Positions 42,402 to 52,816 of a stretch of 64,000 nt of DNA are shown one piece after another. Position 1 is the stretch's first letter, and each line of letters opens with the position of its first letter. Source of the DNA: Thermodesulfobacteriota bacterium. GTDB lineage: Bacteria > Desulfobacterota_D > UBA1144 > Nemesobacterales > Mycalebacteriaceae. Both the position numbers and the translations under genes were made by a program. The stretch is taken from NCBI GenBank assembly GCA_965205855.1, contig OZ242184.1, positions 822,570 to 886,569 of the forward strand, read 5' to 3'. The notes under the pieces were generated by a model that worked only from the letters and a program-made list of their open reading frames with translations, did no database searches and had not been told where the DNA came from.

Positions 42402-42890
42402 CTACCGGTTCTTCGGAAAGTCAAAATCAACCATTTCCGATTTCGCGGTTGAGATATTCGCCCACAGTTCCGCATCAGTTTCAATATGAACAACCCCGCA
42501 GGTCGGAACATTCCCTATTGTCTTGCCCGTAAGAGAGTTGGCCAAATCGGTTATGGCAAAATTATGGCAGAAAACGGCGACTGTGGAAAAACTCTCGTCG
42601 ATTGACTCAACAGCCCGAAGAAGAGAAGTTTCGTCAAAAGTGTAAAACGCCTCGTCGCTTATTATGTTTTCGGGTGCGAACCCGGCGCTCTGCGCGAGAA
42701 GTTTTGCCGTGTCAAGTCCCCTTCTCGCCGAACTTGAATAGAAAGCATCAAACTGCACCGGTGTTTTTTTCAAGCGAAGACCCATGTGCGAAGCGTCTGC
42801 AATACCCCTCCCGGAAAGCGGCCGGTCAAAATCCACGACCCGTTCTTTTCGGGAAGATTTCGCGTGGCGGATTAAAAAAAGCGTTTTCAT
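42402..42890 (-). CDS. histidine-phosphatase-family protein (SixA-like)
   Basis: N-terminus LFLIRHAKSSRK...RPLSGRGIADASHMG carries the RHG motif of the phosphoglycerate-mutase/SixA family. Confidence 0.7.
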   Translation of the reverse strand: MKTLFLIRHAKSSRKERVVDFDRPLSGRGIADASHMGLRLKKTPVQFDAFYSSSARRGLDTAKLLAQSAGFAPENIISDEAFYTFDETSLLRAVESIDESFSTVAVFCHNFAITDLANSLTGKTIGNVPTCGVVHIETDAELWANISTAKSEMVDFDFPKNR

Positions 42891-45073
42891 TTTACTCGCG
42901 CGAGTTTTCGGACAAACTGCCTGGACACCTCCACCGAAGAAGCGTAGAAATTCGCCTTGCTCGGCCCGTAACCTATTTTGATTGAATACGCCCGTTCGGG
43001 AAGCTCTCCGAACATATCTTCATCCGTCATATCGTCCCCCATTGCTATAACGCAATCCCAATCGCCCGGAAGCCAACGGCGGGTTGAAGCCCCTTTGCTA
43101 ACTGAAAAATGCCTCACTTCTATGACTTTGTTTCCATGCATAATATTGAGCCCGAGATTTTGTACGATGCCGGCAAGAGTCTCATTCAACTCCCCCACCC
43201 TGACAACGGCAAGAGACGGATCGACCCCCCTGTAGTGCCACGCGAGAGAGTAATCTTTTTTTTCCACAAAAGAGCCCGGTGTTCTGTCGGTAAAAATTTC
43301 AAGAATTAGTGAAACATCTTTTTTCCAATCAGTGGCGGGAGAAACCGCACGCTCCCATTTTGCGCCGTCCTTTATCCACGCTCCGTGCTCCGCGACAATG
43401 CAATCGCTCACGTTTCCCAGCCATTTTGAAAGGGTTTTTCTGTCCCTGCCGCTTACAATAACAAGTTTCGCGCGGGGATTTGAATTAATCGCGCGCAGGC
43501 ACTTTTTAATTTCTTCATCGGGTTTCGCGTCATGGGGATTTTTTCTGAACGGAACAAGAGTGCCATCATAGTCAAGAAAAACAATAGATTTACGGCTTGC
43601 CCGGAATCTTTGGATAATTTCTCCTGATACTCTTGTTGAAAGGAATTTTGAAGACATCTCCCCCTGCCGTTTTTTCATACTGCGCAGTTTGTCCATAAAA
43701 TCATTTTTCCAGCGCATAAGGTCATACCTTATAAGCCTGTCTCTCATTGCCTTCATTTTCCGTTTGCGCTCCGCTGCTGGCATTTCAAGAGCTGACAGCA
43801 AAGCGGCCGAAGTCATTGATATATCATTGGGATTTACAATCAAAGCCTCGCCAAGCTCTCTTGAAGTCCCGGCTGTTTCGCTGAGTATCAACATACCAAG
43901 CCCTTCCGGTCGGGAAGCGACATACTCCTTCGCAATAAGGTTCATTCCGTCACGCGACGGGGTAATAAACAAAACATCCGCAAGAGAGTAAAGAGAAACC
44001 ATCCCCTGAAAATTAAAAGATCTGTAAAGATATTTAATCGGCTCCCAGTTGAGAGTTCCCCATTTGCCATTTATTTCACTAACCATCCGTTCAATGTTTG
44101 AGCGCAAAGCCCTGTAGCGGCCCACTTCGGTTCGTGAAGGAACAGCGACAAGCAAAAGTATGACTTTGCCCTTCCAACCGGGGTTTTCTTTTAGAAACAA
44201 GTTGTAGGCTTCAAGGCGTTTTTCTATGCCCTTTGTGTAGTCCAGCCTATCTATTGAGAGGATGACGCGGCAGTGGTCCGAAAAAAGCCTCTTCTTTTTT
44301 TTCCTGTATTTTTTGACCGCGGGGGATTTAAGAGCAGATGCAAACTTCTCCACATCCACTCCCATAGGAAACATATCCGCCTTTACAAGACGCTCTCCGA
44401 CCGAAAGAACACCGAGAGAGTTTTCAATCTGTTTAACCCTTCTGACACTTTCAGCAAAATGCCTCACATAATCAAAGGTGTGAAACCCGATTAAGTCCGC
44501 GCCGAGCAGGCCGTCTATTATCTCGGAACAAGCGGGAATAGACCTGAATATCTCAGAAGACGGAAACGGCGTGTGCAGAAAAAACCCTATTTCGGCATCC
44601 GGAAGCTTGTCTCTGAGAAGTGAGGGAAGCAACATCAGGTGATAGTCGTGTATCCAGATGGTATCGTCCTCTTTCGCGATTTTCAGAACGGCACGGGCAA
44701 ATTTCTCATTAACATTCCGGTAATCCCTGTAGTAATCATCTTTGTATTCGGCAAACTGCGGAAAATAATGAAAAAGCGGCCAGATGGTTGAATTGCAAAA
44801 ACCGTTGTAATATCCGTCGGTTTCCTTGTCGTCGAGAAAAACCGGCGACAGATGTTTGTCCGCAAGAGCGCGTTCAAGTTTGCGGCGCTCTTCGCCGTTT
44901 AATGAAGAGAATGAAACTCCGGGCCATCCGACCCAGACTTGCCGCTTTCCGAATTGCAAGCCACCAACCCCGGTCGCAAGTCCTCCGACATTGCGGTTGA
45001 GAACAAATCTCCCCTGTTTCCTCAATCCGGCGGAAAACGGAAGACGGTTTGAAACTGTTATTATCTTTGGCAT
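42887..45073 (-). CDS. otsAB: bifunctional trehalose-6-phosphate synthase / trehalose-6-phosphatase (OtsA-OtsB fusion)
   Basis: N-terminal GT20 domain (IITVSNRLPFS..., FLHTPFPSSEIFR, WIHDYHLMLLP) and a C-terminal HAD phosphatase (IVFLDYDGTLVPF...IAMGDDMTDEDMF). Confidence 0.85.
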   Translation of the reverse strand: MPKIITVSNRLPFSAGLRKQGRFVLNRNVGGLATGVGGLQFGKRQVWVGWPGVSFSSLNGEERRKLERALADKHLSPVFLDDKETDGYYNGFCNSTIWPLFHYFPQFAEYKDDYYRDYRNVNEKFARAVLKIAKEDDTIWIHDYHLMLLPSLLRDKLPDAEIGFFLHTPFPSSEIFRSIPACSEIIDGLLGADLIGFHTFDYVRHFAESVRRVKQIENSLGVLSVGERLVKADMFPMGVDVEKFASALKSPAVKKYRKKKKRLFSDHCRVILSIDRLDYTKGIEKRLEAYNLFLKENPGWKGKVILLLVAVPSRTEVGRYRALRSNIERMVSEINGKWGTLNWEPIKYLYRSFNFQGMVSLYSLADVLFITPSRDGMNLIAKEYVASRPEGLGMLILSETAGTSRELGEALIVNPNDISMTSAALLSALEMPAAERKRKMKAMRDRLIRYDLMRWKNDFMDKLRSMKKRQGEMSSKFLSTRVSGEIIQRFRASRKSIVFLDYDGTLVPFRKNPHDAKPDEEIKKCLRAINSNPRAKLVIVSGRDRKTLSKWLGNVSDCIVAEHGAWIKDGAKWERAVSPATDWKKDVSLILEIFTDRTPGSFVEKKDYSLAWHYRGVDPSLAVVRVGELNETLAGIVQNLGLNIMHGNKVIEVRHFSVSKGASTRRWLPGDWDCVIAMGDDMTDEDMFGELPERAYSIKIGYGPSKANFYASSVEVSRQFVRKLARVK

Positions 45074-45137
45074 AAAACAGCAAACAACACCCCGGTAACT
45101 CGGGCGGTTTTGAGTATACTACATTTGCGGCACAGCC

Positions 45138-45689
45138 ATGAGGATAACAAAAATAATAACGGGAATAATCAGCGCGGCGCTTGTCGCCGCCGTCGCCGTA
45201 TTGATTTTATATTCTTTCGGCAACCGTTTTTCTCCGGAAAGCGGAAAATGGCCGGAATCACCGCTTATAGGCAAACCCGCGCCCGATTTTTCTCTTAAAC
45301 TTTTCAACGGAAAGCCACTTAATATGAAAGAATTAAATGGCAAAGTTGTAGTGCTTAACTTCTGGGCTTCCTGGTGCCTTCCGTGCGCGTATGAGGCGGA
45401 AGAAATAAACCGGGCGGAAAAAACGTACGGCGAGCGTAATGTCGTTTTTTTGGGCGTTAATGTAATGGACAATACCGAAGACGCCATACGGTTCACGGCA
45501 AAGCATAAAATCAATTATCCGAACGGCTACGATCCTGAAAAAACAATCCATATAAACTACGGAGTCGCGGGCGTGCCGGAAACTTTTTTCATTGACGAAA
45601 ACTCCAAAGTTCTGGGTAAAATATCGGGCCCCGTCACCTTCGCAGAGATATCCGATATCCTCTCTTCAGTCCGTGTGCGGGAAAATTGA
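45138..45689 (+). CDS. TlpA/ResA-like thiol-disulfide oxidoreductase (thioredoxin fold, membrane-anchored)
   Basis: N-terminal TM helix, then LNFWASWCLPCAYEAEEIN (WCxPC active site). Confidence 0.75.
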   Translation: MRITKIITGIISAALVAAVAVLILYSFGNRFSPESGKWPESPLIGKPAPDFSLKLFNGKPLNMKELNGKVVVLNFWASWCLPCAYEAEEINRAEKTYGERNVVFLGVNVMDNTEDAIRFTAKHKINYPNGYDPEKTIHINYGVAGVPETFFIDENSKVLGKISGPVTFAEISDILSSVRVREN

Positions 45690-45737
45690 CATTGCGGATT
45701 TTTCCGTAAAGATTATCGCGGTTTCTTTATTGTACTA

Positions 45738-47219
45738 ATGAGTTTCAATCAACTACTTGCCAGCGCATCACTTATAAGTCCCGAACTCCTGCTTTCTCTC
45801 TCCGGGCTTGTTCTGATTGTGCTTGCTCCACTACTGAGAAAAATTTCCCAAAAACATCGTTCGTTGCTTTTTTCCGCGCTTGCGCTCACGGGGTTTGTCA
45901 CGGCTTTCTTGCTCAACACGAACAGGTTTGGCATTTCTCAAAACGCGTTTTCAAACTCTCTTTTGCTTGATTCTTTTGCGGTTTTTTTTAACTCAATTTT
46001 CCTTGCAAACGGCATTGTCGTAATCTTTTTTGCGAAATCATATATGCGGGAATCCGAAAAACTGGGGGAGTTTTTTGCTCTTATAATTTTCTGCACCGTT
46101 GGGATGATGCTGATGGTGGAGTCGGTGGAATTCATATCCCTTTTTATAGCGTTTGAAACAATGTCCATATGCGTTTACGCGCTTTCGGGATTTTCCGACA
46201 ACCGTTCCTCTTCAGCGGAAGCGGGAATCAAGTACCTTATTGCGGGAGGTTTTTCATCCGCTTTGATGCTGCTTGGAATAGCCCTTCTTTACGGTGCGAC
46301 AGGCAGCCTCTTTTTTGAAGAAATAGGCGTGCGTTTCTCCGAGTTTCCCTCAAACCCGATGCTTATTACCGGAGCCGCGCTTGTCCTTGCGGGGTTTATC
46401 TTCAAAATAGGAGCCGCACCTCTTCACCAGTGGGTTCCGGATGTATATGGCGGTGCTCCCCTGCCCGCGACCGCTTTTATGTCGGTCGGTGTCAAAGTGG
46501 CGGCATTCGCGATACTTGCAAGGTTCATAGTTGAAATAGGAACCGCTGGCAACTGGGCTTTAACCGCAATCCTGGCAACAGTGGCGGTTGCGACAATGAC
46601 TGTCGGGAATATTTCGGCAATAGCTCAGAGCAACATCAAAAGAATGCTTGCTTATTCAAGCATCGCTCATGCGGGCTATGCAATTGTGGGATTGGTCGCT
46701 TATCTATCTTCGGAAGGAAACATCGCCGGGCTTTCGGGACTTTTCTACTACCTTTACGCATACTCAATAATGAGTCTCGGGGCGTTTGGCATAATATCTT
46801 TACTTGGAAAAGACGGAAATGAGTATCAGACTTTCAGTGATTTGGCCGGTCTCTGGAGAGAAAAACCGGGGCTTTCCTTCGCGCTCGCAGTTTTTATGTT
46901 TTCCCTTGCGGGAGTGCCTCCCACAATCGGTTTTTTCGCGAAATATAGGGTTTTCCTTCCCGCCGCGGAGGCGGGAATGTATTGGCTTGTCATATTTGCA
47001 CTTGTTAACAGCATTGTTTCCGCTTATTACTACCTGAAGGTGCTTGTGTTTGTTTTTATGAGACCGGTCTCAAAACAAAAAACACAAGCATGGGAAGCAG
47101 ACTTCGGAGCGCAAGCGGTAATAGTCCTTCTTTGCGCGGGAACTCTGTTGCTCGGCATATTTCCCATGTATACGGCTGAGATAATAAACTCCGCCACACA
47201 GGCGTTGACCGTGAAATGA
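45738..47219 (+). CDS. nuoN: NADH-quinone oxidoreductase subunit N
   Basis: ~14 TM helices with the NuoN/ND2-like segment YSSIAHAGYAIVGL and ...HQWVPDVYGGAP... Confidence 0.8.
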   Translation: MSFNQLLASASLISPELLLSLSGLVLIVLAPLLRKISQKHRSLLFSALALTGFVTAFLLNTNRFGISQNAFSNSLLLDSFAVFFNSIFLANGIVVIFFAKSYMRESEKLGEFFALIIFCTVGMMLMVESVEFISLFIAFETMSICVYALSGFSDNRSSSAEAGIKYLIAGGFSSALMLLGIALLYGATGSLFFEEIGVRFSEFPSNPMLITGAALVLAGFIFKIGAAPLHQWVPDVYGGAPLPATAFMSVGVKVAAFAILARFIVEIGTAGNWALTAILATVAVATMTVGNISAIAQSNIKRMLAYSSIAHAGYAIVGLVAYLSSEGNIAGLSGLFYYLYAYSIMSLGAFGIISLLGKDGNEYQTFSDLAGLWREKPGLSFALAVFMFSLAGVPPTIGFFAKYRVFLPAAEAGMYWLVIFALVNSIVSAYYYLKVLVFVFMRPVSKQKTQAWEADFGAQAVIVLLCAGTLLLGIFPMYTAEIINSATQALTVK

Positions 47220-49456
47220 GCAAAAAAGACAGCGGATTTCAAAAAGAGACACTCGCGATAGTAATTTTTCTTCTGGGAACAATAGCCGCTGCGAGTCTTG
47301 TAATGGGCGGTTCTTTGTCGCCCTTCGGCGGCGGTGCAGTCGGGTGGGTCGGCAAGATTTTGTCAAGAAGCCTCGGATATGGTCTGGGGGTTTCATCCTA
47401 TCTGATTCCGGTCTGTTGCGTTTATTTATTCGTCCGCATTTTGTTTGCGAAAATTAGCGCAAAAGACACGGCAAAAGACGCCGTGGCGGCAGCAGGGCTT
47501 ATAATCTCATTCAGTCTGTTGTTTACGGCACCGGCTTTTGAGGGAGTTTTTACCAGCCATCTCACGCAAAACGGCACGGGAGGAAAACTCGGAGAGCTGA
47601 TTTTTGCTTTGACATTGGACAGTGTTGGAATCTTTGGTTCATATGTAATAGCCCTTTCGATTATTTCCGCGTGTCTCATATTTCTTGCCAAAACCAGTTT
47701 GCGTTCAGTGTTATTAAAGGTTGCCAGCGGAGCAATCAAATTTCTTGTCGTGACGTCGGCAGCTCTTTTGAAGGCCGGGAGAGTTCTGTATTCTCTGTCT
47801 TCCCGTCTCGGAAAAACCGTCTTTCTTTCAACCGCGAGATTGCTGAAAAAATACCACGACAGAGCGAAATCCGCCCCTCTGCGAGAAAAACCCGTCAAAA
47901 AAACCGAACCCACAGTTGTTGTTCCGGAGATAAAAACCGCAAATAACACTCCCAAAATCGTGGTCAAAAATAAAAAGGAAACTCCTCTGAAAATAGTTAA
48001 AACAGAAAAAGACACGGAAAAACAGACGGACAAACAATTCAAATTGCCTCCGGTTGACCTTCTCGAAAAACCGGACGGAGAGAAGACCGGAGTGGACAGG
48101 GAAGCGGCATACGCAAATGCCCGTCTCATTGAAGACAAACTTAAAGACTTCGGCGTTTCGGGAGAAATCACCGAAATAAAACCGGGGCCTGTTATCACCA
48201 TGTTTGAGTACAAGCCCGCCGCCGGTGTGCGCGTAAGCAAAATCGCCTCGCTTGAAAACGACCTCGCAATGAGCTTAAGCGCACGGAGCATAAGAATCAT
48301 ATCCCCGATACCGGGCAAAGATGTTGTCGGCATTGAAGTGCCCAACGGCGAAAGTGAAAAAGTCTGTCTGGGGGAACTTCTTGAAAATCCGACTTTCTCT
48401 CAAAGCGGGTCGCTTCTGACAATAGCGGTGGGAAAAGACATATCGGGAACGCCGTACTACACCAATCTCGCTACCGCGCCGCATTTGATGGTGGCGGGAA
48501 CCACGGGTTCGGGCAAGAGCGTGCTTCTGAATTCACTGCTCGCAAGCCTTTTTTACAAAGCCGGACCCAACCGTCTGCGGCTTCTTATGATAGACCCGAA
48601 AATGCTTGAATTTGCCATATATGAAGGTATTCCACACCTTCTCCATCCGATTGTGACAGAGCCGAAAAAAGCAATCGCGGCTCTCAAATGGGCGGTCGCC
48701 GAAATGGAAAACAGATATAAACTTTTATCAGAAAAAAGCGTAAGAAACATAGATTCTTATAACGCCAAAATAGAAAGAGAAGAAGGAAAAAACTCTGCCG
48801 CAATCCTTCCCTACATAGTGATTCTCATAGACGAGCTCGCGGATTTAATAATGTCCGCGGCATCCGAAACACGGGACGCGATAATAAGAATAGCCCAGAA
48901 GGCTCGTGCGGCGGGCATACATCTTGTTGTTGCGACCCAGCGCCCTTCGGCGGATGTTGTTTCGGGGTTGCTCAAAGCCAACATCCCGGCAAGGATATCT
49001 TTTCTTGTTTCCTCAAAAGTGGACTCAAGGATAGTGCTTGACTCGCAAGGAGCCGAAAGGTTGCTAGGCAAGGGAGACATGCTCTTTCTGAAACCCGGAA
49101 CCAATGCTCTTGAAAGAATTCAGGGAGCGCTCATAACCGACGAAGAAAGAGAGAAAATTGTTGAATTTCTCAAATCCCAAGGAAACCCCGTGTTTGACCG
49201 GCAAATATCCGAAGCCATTAACAAACCCGAACAACCCGAAGACATCGGAGAAGATGAAACGGATGATATGTATGAAGAAGCCCTTCAAATTGTCAGAGAA
49301 GCGGGACAAGTGTCAATCTCAATGCTTCAGCGCCGCATGAAAATCGGTTACAACCGTGCCGCGACAATAGTTGAAATAATGGAAAAACGGGGAATTATCG
49401 GCGAGCATCAGGGAGCGGGCAAAGCAAGAGAAGTTATTTTACCGGAGGGAGAGTAA
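47216..49456 (+). CDS. ftsK: DNA translocase FtsK/SpoIIIE
   Basis: N-terminal TM helices, a linker, the motor motifs HLMVAGTTGSGKSV and VVATQRPSADVV, and a C-terminal winged-helix gamma domain. The start overlaps the nuoN stop (ATGA). Confidence 0.9.
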   Translation: MSKKDSGFQKETLAIVIFLLGTIAAASLVMGGSLSPFGGGAVGWVGKILSRSLGYGLGVSSYLIPVCCVYLFVRILFAKISAKDTAKDAVAAAGLIISFSLLFTAPAFEGVFTSHLTQNGTGGKLGELIFALTLDSVGIFGSYVIALSIISACLIFLAKTSLRSVLLKVASGAIKFLVVTSAALLKAGRVLYSLSSRLGKTVFLSTARLLKKYHDRAKSAPLREKPVKKTEPTVVVPEIKTANNTPKIVVKNKKETPLKIVKTEKDTEKQTDKQFKLPPVDLLEKPDGEKTGVDREAAYANARLIEDKLKDFGVSGEITEIKPGPVITMFEYKPAAGVRVSKIASLENDLAMSLSARSIRIISPIPGKDVVGIEVPNGESEKVCLGELLENPTFSQSGSLLTIAVGKDISGTPYYTNLATAPHLMVAGTTGSGKSVLLNSLLASLFYKAGPNRLRLLMIDPKMLEFAIYEGIPHLLHPIVTEPKKAIAALKWAVAEMENRYKLLSEKSVRNIDSYNAKIEREEGKNSAAILPYIVILIDELADLIMSAASETRDAIIRIAQKARAAGIHLVVATQRPSADVVSGLLKANIPARISFLVSSKVDSRIVLDSQGAERLLGKGDMLFLKPGTNALERIQGALITDEEREKIVEFLKSQGNPVFDRQISEAINKPEQPEDIGEDETDDMYEEALQIVREAGQVSISMLQRRMKIGYNRAATIVEIMEKRGIIGEHQGAGKAREVILPEGE

Positions 49457-49474
49457 GAATTCAGCCGCCTTTTC

Positions 49475-50683
49475 TCACCTGTCCACCTCTCCGAGCACAA
49501 TATCGATGCTTCCGAGCGCTGCGACAACATCGCCGACAAACGCGCCCTCAAGCATCGGAGGCAACGACTGGAGATTCACAAAAGACGGGCCTCTCACGCG
49601 CATGCGGAAAGGCTTTTTCGTGCCGTCGCTGACAAGGTAGTAGCCAAGTTCGCCTTTGGGGTTTTCAACGGCGTGATATGTCTCTCCGGCGGGGGGAGAA
49701 AAACCGTCATACACAAGAACAAAATGGCGTATAAGTGATTCCATTTGCGTGTAAACCTTTTCTTTTTCGGGGAGAACAATATCCGGCAGGTCTGCGACAA
49801 ACGGGCCGTCTGGCAGGTTGTCTATCGCTTGTTGGATAATTCGCACACTCTGCCTGCACTCCTCCATTCTACAAAGATATCGGGAATACACATCCCCGTC
49901 TTCGCCTATCGGGATGTCAAAATCGTAGTTTTCATAATCCAGATACGGTTTTGATTTTCGCAAATCAAACGGAACGCCGCTTCCTCTCAAAGTGGCTCCG
50001 GAAAGTCCGAGATCAAGCGCGTCTTTGGCGCTGATGAAAGAAACTCCCTTTGTTCTTTGAAGCCAGATGGTGTTTTTTGTGAGAAGCTTGTCAACATCGT
50101 CCAGTGTCGCGGGAAACTCCTTGAGAAAATTTCTGACCGCTTCTTCAAAATTTTCAGGCAAATCCGCAGGAAGCCCCCCGACTCGGGGATACGAAGTGGT
50201 CATTCTCGCGCCGCAAACTATCTCCAGAATGTCGTAGATTCTTTCACGCTCCTTAAAGCAGTACATAAACGGCGTAAAAGCTCCAAGGTCAAGCGCGCCC
50301 GTGCCTATGCCAACCATGTGGGACTCTATCCTGCCAAGCTCAAAAAGAATAACCTCCGAGACTTTCGCCCTTTCGGGAATCTCATCCTGAATTCCAAGCA
50401 GTTTCTCAACGGCGAGCACAAAACCTATGTTGTTGCAAATGGCGGCAAGGTAGTCCATTCTGTCGGTATAGGGAAGGCATTGCTGATAGGTGATATTTTC
50501 ACAAAGTTTCTCTATCCCCCTGTGTAAATACCCGATGTGTGGAACCGCCTTGCGAATAACTTCTCCGTCGAGGCTGAGAACTATGCGCAATACCCCGTGC
50601 GTGGCCGGGTGCTGCGGACCCATATTCAAAATCATCTCTTTGCTGTCCGGACTTGCGTCCGAAACAAACTGAACCCGCTCCAT
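49475..50683 (-). CDS. nuoD: NADH-quinone oxidoreductase subunit D (49 kDa)
   Basis: Translation LNMGPQHPATHGVLRIVLSLDGEVI and HIGYLHRGIEKL. Confidence 0.9.
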   Translation of the reverse strand: MERVQFVSDASPDSKEMILNMGPQHPATHGVLRIVLSLDGEVIRKAVPHIGYLHRGIEKLCENITYQQCLPYTDRMDYLAAICNNIGFVLAVEKLLGIQDEIPERAKVSEVILFELGRIESHMVGIGTGALDLGAFTPFMYCFKERERIYDILEIVCGARMTTSYPRVGGLPADLPENFEEAVRNFLKEFPATLDDVDKLLTKNTIWLQRTKGVSFISAKDALDLGLSGATLRGSGVPFDLRKSKPYLDYENYDFDIPIGEDGDVYSRYLCRMEECRQSVRIIQQAIDNLPDGPFVADLPDIVLPEKEKVYTQMESLIRHFVLVYDGFSPPAGETYHAVENPKGELGYYLVSDGTKKPFRMRVRGPSFVNLQSLPPMLEGAFVGDVVAALGSIDIVLGEVDR

Positions 50684-51195
50684 CAGAAGTTGCCTTCTTT
50701 GAGTGCTTTGTTGAAAGAGCGTTTTGCCGGCTCTCGGTCCCGCACATCAAAATCTTTGCGGAGAGGAAAACCCTCATAGTCTTCGGGGAGAAGTATTCTT
50801 CTCATATCCGGATGTCCGTTGAATCTGATTCCAAACATGTCAAACACCTCTCTTTCAAGCCAGTTCGCCCCTTTCCATACCGAAGTAACAGACTCAACGG
50901 ACGGGGATTTTTCGTCAATAGGAGCTTTGAGAAAAACCCTTAATTCCTCATTGTATTCAAAGTCAAAACGAACTGTGTTATATACAACCTCAAAACGCGC
51001 GTCCCGCCCTTCGTCGAGAAGGTCAACGGCGGTTATGTCAGACAGATAAACAAACCCGAACTCAGATTTCAGTTTCAAGCAGGCTTCTTTTACGCACAGG
51101 GGCATAACGGTAAAGACCGGTTCCCCTCCTTTCATCTTACCGGCGGACAGAGTGAATTCCGAAAGCCCTTGTTGAATTGAATTAACAAGGCTCAT
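50683..51195 (-). CDS. nuoC: NADH-quinone oxidoreductase subunit C (30 kDa)
   Basis: Translation [38 protein letters not shown]. Confidence 0.88.
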   Translation of the reverse strand: MSLVNSIQQGLSEFTLSAGKMKGGEPVFTVMPLCVKEACLKLKSEFGFVYLSDITAVDLLDEGRDARFEVVYNTVRFDFEYNEELRVFLKAPIDEKSPSVESVTSVWKGANWLEREVFDMFGIRFNGHPDMRRILLPEDYEGFPLRKDFDVRDREPAKRSFNKALKEGNF

Positions 51196-51677
51196 ATCAA
51201 TGGCGCGCCTTCATTTTCAATCTTTTTCTGTATTTTAATAATAGCGTCTATAAGCGCTTCAGGGCGCGGCGGACAACCGCCGACATAAACATCAACAGGT
51301 AGAAATTCGTCTATGCCCTGAACAACGGCGTAGCTGTCAAAAGGACCGCCGCCGCAGGTACATGAGCCCATCGCTATAACCCATTTTGGCTCCGGCATCT
51401 GGTCGTAAATTTTCCGGCAAACAGACGCCATTTTATAGGTTATCGTCCCCGAAACTATCATAAGGTCGGCCTGACGCGGAGAAAATCTGGCCACTTCCGC
51501 CCCAAAGCGCGACATATCGTAGCGGGACGCGAAAGCTCCCATCATTTCAATCGCGCAACACGCAGTCCCCAGAGGCATGGGCCAGAGACTGTTTTTTCTC
51601 GACCAGTCCACCAGAGCGGAAACCTTTGTTGAGATGAAGCCGTCTCCGCCGAGAAGACCGCCGCTGTTCATTGCCAA
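51192..51677 (-). CDS. nuoB: NADH-quinone oxidoreductase subunit B (20 kDa)
   Basis: Translation [25 protein letters not shown] and [10 protein letters not shown] (N2 cluster ligands). Confidence 0.9.
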   Translation of the reverse strand: MAMNSGGLLGGDGFISTKVSALVDWSRKNSLWPMPLGTACCAIEMMGAFASRYDMSRFGAEVARFSPRQADLMIVSGTITYKMASVCRKIYDQMPEPKWVIAMGSCTCGGGPFDSYAVVQGIDEFLPVDVYVGGCPPRPEALIDAIIKIQKKIENEGAPLI

Positions 51678-52024
51678 TCCAGCACCCCTTTGAACAGAAC
51701 ATACAAATACCCGGCAGCTATTACCGCAAGAAATGCTCCGAGCTCAAAGGTTGCCACAATTCCCAGTTCCCGCGAAGCAACAGCCCATGCTATAAGGAAA
51801 ACGGCCTCTATGTCAAAAAGGATAAAAAGCGCGCCGATAAGATAGTATTTTACGGGAAATTTGCCGCTTGCCTCGCCAACGGGAGTTACTCCCGACTCAT
51901 AAGGAGAATATTTTGCCTCGCTCGGTTTTTTTCGTCCCAGAAATACGGAAAGGAAAAGCAATACAACGGCAAGCCCCATTGTCAAAATCCAGACAATCAC
52001 TATCGGAGCGTAGCTGTAGCCCAT
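51668..52024 (-). CDS. nuoA: NADH-quinone oxidoreductase subunit A
   Basis: Three TM helices with [13 protein letters not shown] and [13 protein letters not shown]. Confidence 0.85.
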   Translation of the reverse strand: MGYSYAPIVIVWILTMGLAVVLLFLSVFLGRKKPSEAKYSPYESGVTPVGEASGKFPVKYYLIGALFILFDIEAVFLIAWAVASRELGIVATFELGAFLAVIAAGYLYVLFKGVLDWQ

Positions 52025-52051
52025 ATCAGTGGAAAGGTTAAGGGACAGAAA

Positions 52052-52816
52052 ATGATTGTCAAGAAGTCAGCGGACAAAGAACTATCCGTATATAGTTGTT
52101 TTCAAGAAAGCACAAAAATGCCCTCCGAACTCGATGTCTTTATAACCTGTATGCGCGAAGAAGAGAATCTTAAAATCCTTCTTCCGCGTCTTGACGCCGT
52201 TCTTAAAAATTACGGCATTACATACAAAATTCTGGTTGTGGATACAGTCAGCCCGATGGATGCGACACTTGAGGTGTGCAAAAACTTTGAGAATGCCATC
52301 TATGTTCCGACAGAAGGCGGAAAAGACGGATACGGAAGAGCCGTGCGGACGGGAATCAACAACGCAAACGGAAAATACTCGGTACTTATGGACGGAGACC
52401 TTTCGCATCCGCCCGAGGTTATTCCCGCCATGCTGGATTTGCGCGAAAAAAACGACATGGTAATCGCCTCGCGCTACATTGAAGGCGGACATTCGGATGA
52501 CAACATTGTCAACCGGCTTATGTCGCGCTCTCTGAACATATTCTGCTCATCCATTATAGGAATTGACTGCAAAGACTGGTCAACAAGTTTCAAGCTTTAC
52601 AAAACCCCGCAAATCCAGGCGTTATCTCTCACTTGCGAGCATTTTGACATACATCAGGAGATAATCTGTAAACTTCACAGAAACCATCCTGACTTTGTGT
52701 TTTCTGAAGTTCCAATGTTTTTTTCCAGACGCGTCCACGGCTCTTCAACACGAAGGGTTGTTTATGCGTACTCGCTTATAAAAACAATTATAAGACTGCG
52801 GTTCGGTCTTCTCTAA
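52052..52816 (+). CDS. family-2 glycosyltransferase (dolichyl-phosphate mannose synthase-like)
   Basis: GT2 motifs VVDTVSPMDAT, LMDGDLSHPP and ASRYIEGG. The ORF-track start at 51671 would run antisense through nuoA/nuoB. The ATG at 52052 is preceded by AAGG..AGGGA. Confidence 0.7.
   Translation: MIVKKSADKELSVYSCFQESTKMPSELDVFITCMREEENLKILLPRLDAVLKNYGITYKILVVDTVSPMDATLEVCKNFENAIYVPTEGGKDGYGRAVRTGINNANGKYSVLMDGDLSHPPEVIPAMLDLREKNDMVIASRYIEGGHSDDNIVNRLMSRSLNIFCSSIIGIDCKDWSTSFKLYKTPQIQALSLTCEHFDIHQEIICKLHRNHPDFVFSEVPMFFSRRVHGSSTRRVVYAYSLIKTIIRLRFGLL

Noticed and set aside
51671-52051. N-terminal 127 aa of the 381-aa ORF 51671..52816 (+)
   Set aside because: It is antisense to nuoA/nuoB and has no motifs. 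The GT2 domain begins at the ATG at 52052, which has its own RBS.
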